Part shown: positions 34,249 through 46,412 of the stretch, piece by piece
Layout: the number at the start of each line of letters is the position of its first letter
Position numbering within the stretch: position 1 is the stretch's first letter
Origin: Ranitomeya imitator
Taxonomy: Eukaryota
Assembly: GCF_032444005.1 (NCBI RefSeq)
Contig: NC_091284.1
Location: 307,768,001-307,832,000 of the forward strand
DNA length: 64,000 bases
Direction of reading: 5' to 3'
Notes under the pieces: generated by a model
Told to the model about the DNA's origin: nothing
Databases searched by the model: none
The model's input: the letters and a program-made list of their open reading frames with translations, nothing else
Program-made: the position numbers and the translations under genes

Positions 34249-37200
34249 CCCCTTAGTGACGGAGCCAAATTTTTAAAATCTGACCAGTGTTACTTTGTGG
34301 TAACTCTGGAACGCTTCAACATATCCCAATGATTTTGAGATTTTTTTTTCGTGACACATTATACTTTATGATAATGATAAATTTAGGTCAGTATGTTTTG
34401 TGTTTATTTATAAAAAATATCAGAAATCTGAGAAAAATGTTAAAAAATTAGCAATTTTCAAACTTTCACTGATTATCCCTTTAATCCAGATAGTCATACC
34501 ACACAAAAACATTAATACATAACATTTCGCAAATGTCTGCTTTACATCAGCACCATTTATAAAATGTTCTTTTATTTTGTTAGCATTTTAGGAGGTTTAG
34601 AAATGTAGCAGTAATTTTTCATTTTTTTCAAGGAAATTTACAAAAATTTATTTTTTTAGAGACCTATCCATGTTTGAAGTGCCTTTAGGGGTCCCATATA
34701 TTGGGAAACCCCCAAAAGTTATACTATTGTAAAAACAGCACCCCCTGACATATTGAAAACTGCTGTCAGGTAAATTATTAACCCTTCAGGTGATTTAAAG
34801 GAATTAATGCAAAGTGACATGACAGAAATGAAAATGTGTATTTTTACCACCTAAATGCCACTAACTTCTGAACAGTGTGAGGCTGTGGCCTCTGATACAG
34901 CTGTTTGTTCTCCCCAGAATGTGCATGCAGACGGATGAAGTCCATAGGTGTGCATGAGAGTCACGTATCTCCGGTTCGGGTTTTCCAGGTGGCTGAAGGC
35001 CACAGGTTTGTGTGTGTTTAAAAACCCTGCAGTAAGGGGTTTGGGTGTGTCGGGTGTCTGGCCAGGTCAGGCCAGGTGTGCGAGGTGCACGTCAGTGTCA
35101 GTCTGGTGTGTGCTGGTCTGCAGAGTGCATGGAGGCCAGCAGAGCCAGCACCCAGAGCACCCAGAGCAGCTGAATAGCCTGGCACCCGCAGTGTACACAG
35201 AGATGCAAGTCGTCCATGGCACTGGTCACGGATGTGGACAGTCCTGTGCCCGGAGGAGTCGGATGTGGACAGTCCTGTGCCCGGAGGTGGATGTCCTGTG
35301 CCCGTAGGAGTCAGATGTGGACAGTCCTGTGCCCGGAGGTGGATGTCCTGTACCCGAAAGAGGACTAGCATGTGCAACGATTGCAAACAGGTGGATATGG
35401 TGCACGGCTGCTATCCGGAAGATATCCTGAACTGTGTACGACTGTGTAAGTAAAGAGTCTGTAAAGAGACTGTGATACAGCGATGCAGGACACCCACAAG
35501 AACTAGTCAGAGGAGGACTGGCGTGTGTAGTGTCTGCAACATATGAGGCTGTGTGTATGGAGATGTATGGAGACTGTGAGATGGCGTGCGGTCGCCCAGG
35601 GAAACTGGACAAGGGACGTCTGGCCCGTTTAGGGACCGCAAATCTAAAGCCACGTGATATGTATTGCTTTGAACTGGTGTAAACTGGTCACTGATTATAT
35701 CCACTGAAGTTATATGCATCTATATGAATTGGACTTTAATGCTGTGAAGAAACACATTAAAAGAGACTTTTGTGTTTGAATTTGTGGGTCACTGCCTCTT
35801 CACTGCGTACGATGCTACAGCAGCTTTACAACAGGTTACAACAGCCGTCAGACTCTAAGGCCGCCATTTGGTCATGAACTGCCATGGCAAACATCAGGAC
35901 CACACAATCATAATCTGAGGGCACCAATTGGGATAAATAGGAAGCCCCCACACTCTGTTGACAGCAGCATCTAAGGGGTTAAACAGAGTTGGATGGTGCA
36001 AACACTGATCGTGGCTGACGCAACAAGTTGTCAGCTACTGTTGTGGTCAAAAGTACTGACACCTCTGCAATTCTCAGATAATACTCAGTTTCTTCCTGAA
36101 AATGATTGCAAACACAAATTCTTTGTTATTAGTATTTTCATTCAATTTGTCTTAAATGAAAAAACACAAAAAGAATTGTCCTGAAGCCAAATTGGATATA
36201 ATTCCACACCAAACATAAAAAGGGGGTGGACAAAAGTATTGGCACTGTTAGAAAAAATCATGTGATGCTTCTCTAATTTGTGTAATTAACAGCACCTGTA
36301 ACTTACCTGTGGCACCTAACAGGTGTTGGCAATAAATAAATCACACTTGCAGCCAGTTGACATGGATTAAAGTTTACTCAACCTCATTGAGCATGGAGAA
36401 AAGAAAGAAGACCAAAGAACTGTCTGAGGACTTGAGAAACCAAATTGTGAGGAAGCATGAGCAATCTTAAGGCTACAAGTCCATCTCCAAAGACCTGAAT
36501 GTTCCTGTGTCTACCGTGCGCAGTGTCATCAAGAAGTTTAAAGCCCATGGCACTGTGGCTAACCTCCCTAGATGTGGACGGAAAAGAAAAATTGACAAGA
36601 GATTTCAACGCACGATTGTGCGGATGTTTGATAAAGAACCTTGACTAACAACCAAACAAGTTTAAGCTGCCCTGCAGTCCAAGGGTACAACAGTGTCAAC
36701 CCGTACTATCCATCGACGTCTGAATGAAAAGGGGCTGTATGGTAGGAGACCCAGGAAGACCCCACTTCTTACCCCAAGACATAAAAAAACCAGGCTGGAG
36801 TTTCCCAAAACTTACCTGAAAAAGTTTTGGAAGAATGTTCTCTGGTCAGATGAGACAAAAGTTGCTTTGCTGCCTCTGGCACTGGACTGCTTGACCGTGT
36901 GCATGGCATTATGAAGTCTGAAGACTACCAACAAATTTTGCAGCATAATGTAGGGCCCAGTGTGAGAAAGCTGGGTCTCCCTCAGAGGTCATGGGTATTC
37001 CAGCAGGACAATGACCCAAAACACACTTCAAAAAGCACTAGAAAATGGTTTGAGAGAAAGCACTGGAGACTTCTAAGGTGGCCAGCAATGAGTCCAGACC
37101 TGAATCCCATAGAACACCTGTGGAGAGATCTAAAAATAGCAGTTTCGAGAAGGCACCCTTTAAATACCAGGGATCTGGAGCAGTTTGCCAAAGAAGAATG

Positions 37201-37550
37201 GTCTAAAATTCCAGCAGAGCATTGTAAGAAACTCATTAATGGTTACCGGAAGCGGTTGGTCAGTTATTTTGGCTAAAGGTTGTGCAACCAAGTATTTGGC
37301 TGAGGGTGCCAATACTTTTGTCTGGCCCATTTTTGGAGTTTTGTGTGAAATGATCAATGTTTTGCTTTTTGCTTCATTCTCTTTTGTGTTTTTTCATTGA
37401 AGACAAATTAAATGAAGATAATAACAAAGAATTTGTGATTGCAATCATTTTCAGGAAGAAACTGAGTATTATCTGACAGAATTGCAGGGGTGTTAATACT
37501 TTTGGCCACAACTGTATAGTGGACAGCTGTTGGATTGTCACCTGTATGGG
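34249..37550. mobile_element. Large degenerate piggyBac-type (CCCCTT-terminal) non-autonomous element hosting a Tc1; right end not found
   Basis: Starts CCCCTTAGTGAC; internal ~26-bp tandem GATGTGGACAGTCCTGTGCCCGGAGG repeats at ~35229-35355. Confidence 0.45.
36038..37514 (+). mobile_element. Tc1-like transposon with long TIRs and a decayed transposase
   Basis: TA flanks; TIR C(A/T)GTTGTGG(C/T)CAAAAGTA; KTKELSEDLR...WSDETK, QQDNDPKH, SPDLNPIEHLW; stops and an internal deletion. Confidence 0.92.
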
Positions 37551-38136
37551 GAGGCTAGTCTCTTATATCTCAGGTCAGTTAAAAGACGTATTGGCGGTCT
37601 TTAAGGGTCATCACTCAAGGTTGGTACCAGTAGATCAAATACAGAGACAGAATCTTTGGGCAGGAGAATATTCAGAAAACAGGTTAAGGTCAGAAAAGGG
37701 TAAATACAGGCAGAGCAGGAGCACACAGACAGCATAACAGTTGTTTTCTCCATAACTGACAAAGGAAAATGATTCTCAGGAGTTTAAATCATGACCAGCC
37801 TTGCCCCAGGCTGACAGCAAAGAGAAACACTACGTAGCCACTAAATAACCTCCAAGTTTCCGGGCTGTGTAAAACTACAAGTCCCAGAAGGCTACAGGAC
37901 CACTGTATTGTCACCCTGCGTCGCCTGCCAGCCGAAGCGGACTCAGAAGGGACAGGCATCGGCATGGCTGTGACAGATAGATCTTATAGTGCTTTCGTAG
38001 TTCTTTACATTTTGACATCACTCACGATACATTGACTGTGAGAGAATACTGTGTTACTGCCATGGTCCTGTGTTTTTCTTTCTGTATCATTCAGTGCAAT
38101 GCACACAAGTTATTGTTTATTTCTTAATTTTTTTAG

Positions 38137-38205
38137 GAAAACCCTACCTATAAGGGGGATGCCCCCGAGTCTAAGTCTGGATCATCTTATGCGGTAACAT
38201 CATCT
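38137..38205 (+). CDS. ITPR3: ITPR3 exon 10 (variable loop), 69 bp with the GTAAGT donor or 57 bp with the upstream GTAACA donor
   Basis: Polypyrimidine tract and AG at 38135-38136; ENPTYKGDAPESKSGSSYA(VTSS) matches ITPR3 ENPSYKGDA...; both donors are in frame. Confidence 0.9.
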
Positions 38206-38946
38206 GTAAGTATTGTTTCCCTAAAATAAAGAAAACACCCAAGCAAAATGCAACTTCACCTTGAAAAGTGCAGTATAAGCCAAAATATTTTTCAGTTCTT
38301 ACCAAAGAAAAATGTAATTCGCAATCTGTGGCACAAAGAAGAAACTTCCGTGTAGAATAATGAGGGATGTAGACACTCGGAGAGTGTTATGTAATGCATT
38401 GCCCTCTTACTTGCACAGGAACAAAACCTACATTCCTGAAATGACATATCTAGTCCATCTCCCCAGTGAGAAGAAGTTAATTTAGATCTCTCAAGCTAAT
38501 ACCCAATGCAGCCATTTCATTTTTCTGTTTGCTTCGTGCTAATTTTATCAAGGTCCTCCTTACAACGGCGCTGCTGTATTAAAAACAAATAGGACTGCAA
38601 AGCATCCCTGGAGAATGGTTCTCTGCTTTGCCTTAGAAACGTGACCTCTTGGGCTGCATTTTATTTATGCTTTCTTTTTTTCCTCCTGCCATATTCTACA
38701 TGGTCTTCTTAACACCTGTATTTCATATCCTTCTGTAGTTCTAACGTTTCTTATTTATTTTAGTAAATCTGTGCAACTCCAGGCTTTCTGCTTTCTCTTC
38801 CTGGCTTTTCCTGAATTATTTAACCTCTCCATAAATTCAACTCCTCACAGTACTTTTATTTCTTTTCTTTCTCTTGGTTTTTTCCTTCTTCATCTCTCAA
38901 TTTTCAGCCTCTGCCATCTCTCCATTGACCCCCGATCTTCTCTCAG

Positions 38947-39089
38947 GTAGTGAACAGTCGTCCCAATCGCAGGAACGCTGGAGAGAAGATTAAGTATCGC
39001 CTTGTTGCTGTACCGCACGGCAATGACATTGCCTCATTGTTTGAACTGGATCCAACTACTCTACAGAAGACAGATTCATCTGTGCCCAG
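38947..39089 (+). CDS. ITPR3: ITPR3 exon 11, 143 bp, phase 0/2
   Basis: AG 38945-38946, GT 39090; [47 protein letters not shown](R). Confidence 0.97.
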
Positions 39090-40216
39090 GTACCTTCAAT
39101 ATGTCATAAAATGATTGCGTATACAGACACATTGCTCCTGCTCTGCTCCTAGGTGTAGTGTTGCCTCCTAGGGCTTGTTGTAATGGCTTATTTGCCTTGC
39201 TGTGTGTAAATTCTGTTTTATTAGCCTTCAGTACATCTGTTAGCCTATTGTTTCAATTCCCTCACAGTAAAATAGAACTTCCTAGCATTACTCCTGAGCA
39301 TTCCTCTTTGAAGCTACAGGTCATGTCCTCTTTTTCCAGTCTCTTTCATGCATGATAATAAGAACATCCTGAACCTTGGGGAAACTTTTGATGTACTTTT
39401 CTGTCTTTTTTTACATCAGACTGTAAAAGCTATCAGCTAGGCTCTCTATTGCGTTGGACGTACAGACCCAAAGTTCTGGCTTTACACCCCTATAGTTAAG
39501 TAATAGACTGTCAGATGCCAATAGATCTTGTCAGTCTCTAGTCTCCATTCTATTTTCGATGCCTGTTTAGCAGCAATAAGTGAGGACATCTTATCATATA
39601 AGTCGTGAAACTGGAGTTATTTCTTCCAGAGACCCCTGGCATTCTCTTACTATTAGCATTTCAAGAATTCACTACGAGAATAACGCTGCCACAGCATTTG
39701 TGACATAAAACACAATTTTTTATTCTAAATAGTTAAAACTGAATAGTTTTTCCTTCTCTCATGTAAAAAATCGAATTGGTTATCCTCTTTCTGACAGCTG
39801 GAAGCCATCGAGGAACCTATCAGGCAACACGTTTGCTAGTCTAGGTTCATTGCTCTGATGTGATGCTGAAATTAAGTATTCAGTTCAGATTCCTTTGATT
39901 TACTATGCAATATCCTCATAAAATTACTTACAGTTACTGGAAAAGCAGAAAAGTGAAATTTCTGTTTTGTGCATCTTATCTAATGGAATCTTGTAGTTCC
40001 ATATTTCTGTCAGTCTGGAGGCCTGACTTTGGTTGTGTAATATCCTGTAACTTTGCCTTCTTTCTTGCCAAAATGCAATTTGTGAGTGTCTGCCTATGAT
40101 CCTATTGATGTTTTCCTCAGTAGCATCCCCAAACATTTGGTGAGAACTGTATGCACCTCTGATGGGACGTAGTTATTCAGTCTGCTGACTAACGTTCATT
40201 GCTTGGCTTTCATCAG

Positions 40217-40316
40217 AAACTCGTTTGTGAGGCTACGACATTTGTGCACCAACACATGGATTCAGAGCACCAATGTCCCCATTGATGTTGATGAAGAACG
40301 GCCAATACGTCTGATG
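40217..40316 (+). CDS. ITPR3: ITPR3 exon 12, 100 bp, phase 2/0
   Basis: AG 40215-40216, GTAAAA 40317; (R)[33 protein letters not shown]. Confidence 0.97.
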
Positions 40317-42271
40317 GTAAAATCACAATCTCTTTTCTTAGATATCTTTTCTGAAGGTCTTTTAATGAGTGGTAGTTGGTTTTTAACATCTTCAGGATGC
40401 AGGTAATTTTTGTTATTGCATTATCATTTTTTTGCTCCCTTCTTCGCAGAGCCTTTTTTTTTTTTAAATTTTTCAATTGACGTAGGTGTTTCAGGATTTT
40501 TTTTAGCGGGACCAGTTGTAGTTTTGCATAACACCATTAACTTTAGCTTTCGCTGTATTAGAAAACATGAAAAAATTTCTAGTGTGATGAAATGGTGAAA
40601 AAAATGCAATTTTACAATGATTGAGTTTTGTATTTACAACATATTTTTGTTGGTAAAAATCACTTTTCAAAATGATTTTCCAGATAAGTACGATTATGAC
40701 AACATCAAATTTACATACATGTTTTTTATATGGTTTCTGTTTCCACTTTTTTTTACAGCATGAACTGACAGTTTTATTGATACCAATTTAGGATATACAG
40801 TATATCACATTTTGATCACGTTCTGTTGCATATTTTAGGCCAGTGTGGTGACCAAAATACAGCAATTCTGGCATTTTTATTTTTTTCTCAGTATGGCGCA
40901 TTTCATTTGGGTTAACGAATTTGATATTTCCATAGGCCAGACTTTTACAGATGCAGCAATACTGAATATGTTTGTTTTTTATTTTTTAATGGGTAAAATG
41001 GGGGAGAGAGGTGGAAGATTCAAACTTTTATATATTATTTAATTTTAAAACCCTTTTTTGATTTTTTGGGTTTATTTTTTAGGTTCTTTTTAGACTTCAA
41101 CCTGCGATCGACCAATCATTTCTATTTTATACTGCATTACCAAAGTATTGCAGTATATATAGCAAAAAGTGCAGGCTCATATAAATAAAGCTCTTTCTGT
41201 CCTTGAGCCTAATATGACTAGCCAAGATGCCAACAACAGGGCTCTTAAGCATGCCCCCGGCTACTGTGGCAACCCGTGATTGCCCTGCCCTCTATTGGCG
41301 GTGGCGGGGTGAGGGCAATGTGAGCCAGTGCACACAAGCACTGGCAACTGTCCCATTTAAACACTGGTTTAGAAAGAAGCATTCGGGAAAAATATACACA
41401 ATAGAGTGACCCTATTTAAGAAGAAGAGAAAAAGAGTAAAAAGGTATGTATCACACAGGAGATTGTATGGTGCCCCGGTTTGAAATTTCACCTGCTGCTG
41501 CATCATGGTTGGGTGGAGCCCCCAGTAAAAATTCTCCGTATAGGGAATAAAAGAACTAAGATAGGCTGCATGGATGGAAAAGAGTCTCTTACTACAAGTT
41601 CAATGAGGGTTCTTACAATGCGCTTCAATGCTGTGCCGGCATCGTTTTCAAGTCATAAAAATTGACAGACAGTGTTTACAGGTACAGAGGCGTATTTAAG
41701 GCCTAAAATGGGTGCTATATATTTGTGGACCACCCATTTAAGGGTGGGTAAGAAATTAAAAAGAAATAAACTAGAAATGAAAAACATGTCTATAAGTAGG
41801 TGGAAAACAAAAAGTTTTGATTAAACCAATTGAAGAGGTGGTTAGTAACAACATGCAAGAAGAGGAGTTAAAAAAAAAAGAAAAAGTGTAAAAGTAGTGT
41901 ACAGAGTGTGAGGGAAACGAACTATTAAAGGGTACAGTAAAAAAAAAAAAAAAGGGTAAAATAAGTTGTCAGACCACAGAGTGTTTAGAAGGCAATATTT
42001 CAGAGTAGTATTGTGAAAATAAAACAGTAAAACCTATAAAATTAAATTTAACACATATTGACATTGGAATAAAAACAAATAAGAGAAAAATAATTGCAGC
42101 TAGCATAAAATAAGGGAGCAATGTAATAAATGTTGGTAAGAAAATAAATGATACTGATAAAATAATGTAATAGAATGTGAAATATGTTTAAAAAATGCAT
42201 TCTTTTTTTTAAGTTTATGGCCACCAAAATTTGTAAGACAGTGAATTGCAAAAAATATATATTTATATAGA

Positions 42272-42395
42272 TAATGGTGGCCCGATTGTAACGCATCGGG
42301 TATTCTAGCATATGTATGTAGTATAAAACCCGTGCCAATATCGCTGATTGGTCGCGGCTGGCCGGGCGCCACCAATCAGCGAAGCGTGGTTCAGG
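42272..42395 (-). mobile_element. 3'-terminal fragment of the same Helitron family as 25242-25600
   Basis: GGTGGCCCGATTGTAACGCATCGGGTATTCTAG matches the Helitron terminal hairpin region. Confidence 0.7.
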
Positions 42396-42707
42396 AAGAA
42401 GTGTTCCCCACCTTAGTGAGGGTCTCAGCAGTCTATCTCCTGCGCTCAAGAAGTTATCCCTTAACCCATGGATACAAGATAACTTTACATCTTGGTACAA
42501 AACTTTTACCCCGTCAGTTATATAAGGTCTGACAGAGTGTAACCCTCAGTTGACCACTATAGATTTTGTGCCATTTGCTTGTAATAGTCAGGGATCTTTA
42601 CTGGTGGTTTTAGAAAACAAACCAACAAACACATAAGTGGGTATTTACATGTAAATTACAGCTGATTAACTTGCCTCTTCTTTTCTATGTGTCTTTCCTT
42701 TGAATAG

Positions 42708-42868
42708 CTTGGCACTTGCCCCACTAAAGAAGATAAAGAGGCTTTTGCCATTGTATCTGTGCCTGTTTCTGAGATACGTGACTTGGATTTTGCAAATGAT
42801 GCCAGTTTAATGCTGGCTAATTTTGTGGAACGTTTGATTGAGGGATTCATCAGCCAGAATGACCGCAG
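42708..42868 (+). CDS. ITPR3: ITPR3 exon 13, 161 bp, phase 0/2
   Basis: AG 42706-42707, GTAGGG 42869; [53 protein letters not shown](R). I did not find the next exon (FVIQLLEDL...) in the window. Confidence 0.97.
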
Positions 42869-43173
42869 GTAGGGATTTTCATTCCCAATGATTAATGATA
42901 TAACTTTACTGATACTAGATTCATGCTGCTCAAACCACGGGAAGAATGAATCAAAGTCGGGCTGAAGCCAGTTATATTTTATGTGGCGTTTCAGAGATAA
43001 TATAGTTTAAAAAGCCAGCAGGGGACCCGAAGGAGAGACCTGACTAGTCTGATGTGGTCACCGGCCAGCTCTTCTTTGCCCTGCTCCAGTCCATGTATGT
43101 ACATAGGGAAAGACCTGACTAGTCTGATATGGTCACCAGCCAGCTCTTCTCTGCTCTGCTCCAGTCCATGTAA

Positions 43174-44801
43174 CAGTACAGACCAAAAGTTTGGACACAC
43201 CTTCTCATTTAACGATTTTTCTGTATTTTCATGACTATGAAAATTGTAAATTCACACTGAAGGCATCAAAACTATGAATTAACACATGTGGAATTATATA
43301 CTTAACAAAAAAGTGTGAAACAACTGAAATTATGTCTCATATTCTAGGTTCTGTGAAGTAGCCACCTTTTGCGTTGACTGCTTTGCACACTCTTGGCATT
43401 CTCTTGATGAGCTTCAAGAGGTAGTAACCGGAAATGGTTTTCACTTCACAGGTGTGCCCTGTCAGGTTTAATAAGTGGGATTTCTTGCCTTATAAATGGG
43501 GTTGGGACCATCAGTTGTGTTGTTCAGAAGTCTGGTGGATACACAGCTGATAGTCCTACTGAATAGACTGTTAGAATTTGTATTATGGCAAGAAAAAAGC
43601 AGCTAAATAAAGAAAAACGAGTGGCCATCATTACTTTAAGAAATGAAAGTCAGTCAGTCCAAAAAATTGGGAAAACTTTGAAAGTGTTCCCAAGTGCAGT
43701 TGCAAAAACCATCAAGTGCTACAAAGAAACTGGCTCACATGAGGACGGCCCCAGGAAAGGAAGACCAAGAGTCACCTCTGCTTCTGAGGATAAGTTTATC
43801 CGAGTCACCAGCCTAAGAAATCGCAGGTCAACAGCAGCTCAGATTAGAGACCAGGTCAATGCCACACAGAGTTCTAGCAGCAGACACATCTCTACAACAA
43901 CTGTTAAGAGGAGACTTTGTGCAGCAGGCCTTCATGGTAAAATAGCTGCTAGGAAACCACTGCTAAGGACAGGCAACAAGCAGAAGAGACTTGTTTGGGC
44001 TAAAGAACACAAGGAATGGGCATTAGACCAGTGGAAATCTGTGCTTTGGTCTGATCAGTATAAATTTGAGATCTTTCGTTCCAACCACCGTGTCTTTGTG
44101 CGACGAAGAAAAGGTGAACAGATGGACTCCACATGCCTGTTCCCACCGTGAAGCATGGCGGAGAAGGTGTGATTGTGTGGGGGTGCTTTGCTGGTGACAC
44201 TGTTGGGGATTTATTCATAATTGAAGGCATACTGAACCAGCATGACTACCACAGCATCTTGCAGCGGCATGCTATTCCATCCGGTTTGCATTTAGTTGGA
44301 CCATCATTTATTTTTCAACAGGACAATGACCCCAAACACACCTCCAGGCTGTGTAAGGGCTATTTGACCAAGAAGGAGAGTGATTTGGGTGCTACGCCAG
44401 ATGACCTGGCCTCCACAGTCACCAGACCTGAACCCAATCGAGATGGTTTGGGGTAAGCTGGACTGCAGAGTGAAGGCAAAAAGTGCCAACAAGGGCTAAG
44501 CATATCTGGGAACTCCTTCAGGATTGTTGGAAGACCATTTCCGGTGACTACCTCTTGAAGCTCATCAAGAGAATGCCAAGAGTGTGCAAAGCAGTCATCA
44601 AACCAAAAGGTGGCTACTTTGAAGAACCTAGAGTATAAGACATATTTTCAGTTGTTTCACACTTTTTTGTTAAGTATGTATTTCCACATGTGTTAATTCA
44701 TAGTTTTGATGCCTTCAGTGTGAATGTACAATTTTCATAGTCATGAAAATACGGAAAAATATTTAAATGAGAAGGTGTGTCCAAACTTTTACTCTCTACT
44801 G
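43174..44801 (+). mobile_element. Tc1-like transposon, ~190-bp TIRs, frameshifted transposase
   Basis: TIR CAGTACAGACCAAAAGTTTGGACACACC; ORFs 43585-44151 and 44133-44456 with GRPR, WSDQ (E changed to Q), QQDNDPKH, PDLNPIE. Confidence 0.92.
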
Positions 44802-45020
44802 TATATACATAGGGAGAGACCTGACCCGTCTGATGTGGTCACCTGCCAGCTCTTCTCTGTCAGCTCTTTTTTGTCCTGCTCCAGTCCATGTATGTACATA
44901 GGGAGAAACCTGACTAGTCTGATGTGGTCACCGGCCAGCTCTTCTCTGCCCTGCTCCAGTTCATGTATGTACATATTGAAAGACCTGACTAGTCTGATGT
45001 GGTCACTGGTCAGCTCCTCT

Positions 45021-46412
45021 CTAAAAAAAAAACACCAAAAACAGGCAAAGATGCTTACCTGTCTAAATAGGCCTCAATACAAATGCACAAGCAGGGTGCA
45101 GCGGACCCAAACAAAATAGCAAATGCACAGGTGCAATACCTAATGAAACAGCCAGCCTTCAATAAGGGTTTGGCCGTGTGGTACACCAATGCACTAAGAT
45201 AAAATACTCTGTATGTGGCGTGTTCACACAAGGAATACAAAGCATCTGGCTACAGCCTATTAATGACGCCCTATGGCGGGCTGCCCAGTGCTAAAATGCA
45301 TCCCGTTCGAACAGAGGCCAGTGTACAGAACAATTTGGGCCCAGCTGCACCCTTCAAAAAATATACATTCAAAAAAAAAAAAAAAAACATAAATATATGT
45401 AAGGTATTAGTTGATATTGGGGCCATAATATGGAAGCTGGCAACCCACGCCAAGGGTCCTTACGTATTGCCAGTCCTACTCTAACATGAAAAACACCAAA
45501 AAAGGACACATTCAAGAAAAAACACCAAAAACAGGCAAAGATGCTTACCTCTCTAAATAGGCCTCAATACAAATGCACAAGCAGGGTGCAGCGGACCCAA
45601 ACAAAATAGCAAATGCACAGGTGCAATACCTAATGAAACAGCCAGCCTTCAATAAGGGTTTGGCCGTGTGGTACACCAATGCACTAAGATAAAATACTCT
45701 GTATGTGGCGTGTTCACACAAGGAATACAAAGCATCTGGCTACAGCCTATTAATGACGCCATATGGCGGGCTGCCCAGTGCTAAAATGCATCCCGTGCGA
45801 ACAGAGGCCACAGTGTACAGAACAATTTGGGCCCAGCTGCACCCTGCAAAAAATATACGTGCAAAAAAACAAACAAAAAAAAACAAAACATATAAATATA
45901 TGTAAGGTACATATATTTATATGTTTTTTTTTTTTTTGCACGTATATTTTTTGCAGGGTGCAGCTGGGCCTAAAAAAACAAAAAAAAACAAAAACATAAA
46001 TATATGTTAGGTACATATATTTATATGTTTTTTTTTGCACGTATATTTTTTGCAGGGTGCAGCTGGGCCCAAATTGTTCTGTACACTGTGGCCTCTGTTC
46101 GCACAGGATGCATTTTAGCACTGGGCAGCCCGCCATAGGGCGTTATTAATAGGCTGTAGCCAGATGCTTTGTATTCCTTGTGTGAACACGCCACATACTG
46201 AGTATTTTATCTTAGTGCATTGGTGTACCACACGGCCAAACCCTTATTGAAGGCTGGCTGTTTCATTAGGTATTGCACCTGTGCATTTGCTATTTTGTTT
46301 GGGTCCGCTGCACCCTGCTTGTGCATTTGTATTGAGGCCTATTTAGACAGGTAAGCATCTTTGCCTGTTTTTGGTGTTTTTTCTTGAATGTGTCCTTTTT
46401 TGGTGTTTTTCA
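45021..46412. repeat. Direct-plus-inverted (fold-back) triplication of a ~400-490-bp unit
   Basis: Copy 1 ~45022-45511, copy 2 ~45512-45915, reverse-complement copy ~46010-46412, with a short extra inverted segment between. Confidence 0.9.

Noticed and set aside
34930-35720. Cys-rich ORFs suggesting a piggyBac C-terminal domain or captured gene
   Set aside because: No convincing motif spacing; much is short tandem repeat
41430-42060. Possible second, very old L1 ORF2 start on the minus strand (GLNTP-like)
   Set aside because: Needs frameshifts to read and only a few residues match; too weak to call by eye
979-42868. Assignment to ITPR1 or ITPR2
   Set aside because: Diagnostic residues (KKVHG, LDATG, WLFIQ, WKINLF, SSNAL, GAGHW, ENPxYKGD, ERPIRLM) fit type 3
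45425-45480. Compact three-stem fold (CTGGCAA...TTGCCAG enclosing CCC/GGG and TACGTA) as a possible ribozyme
   Set aside because: Lacks hammerhead, HDV or twister core nucleotides recognisable by eye
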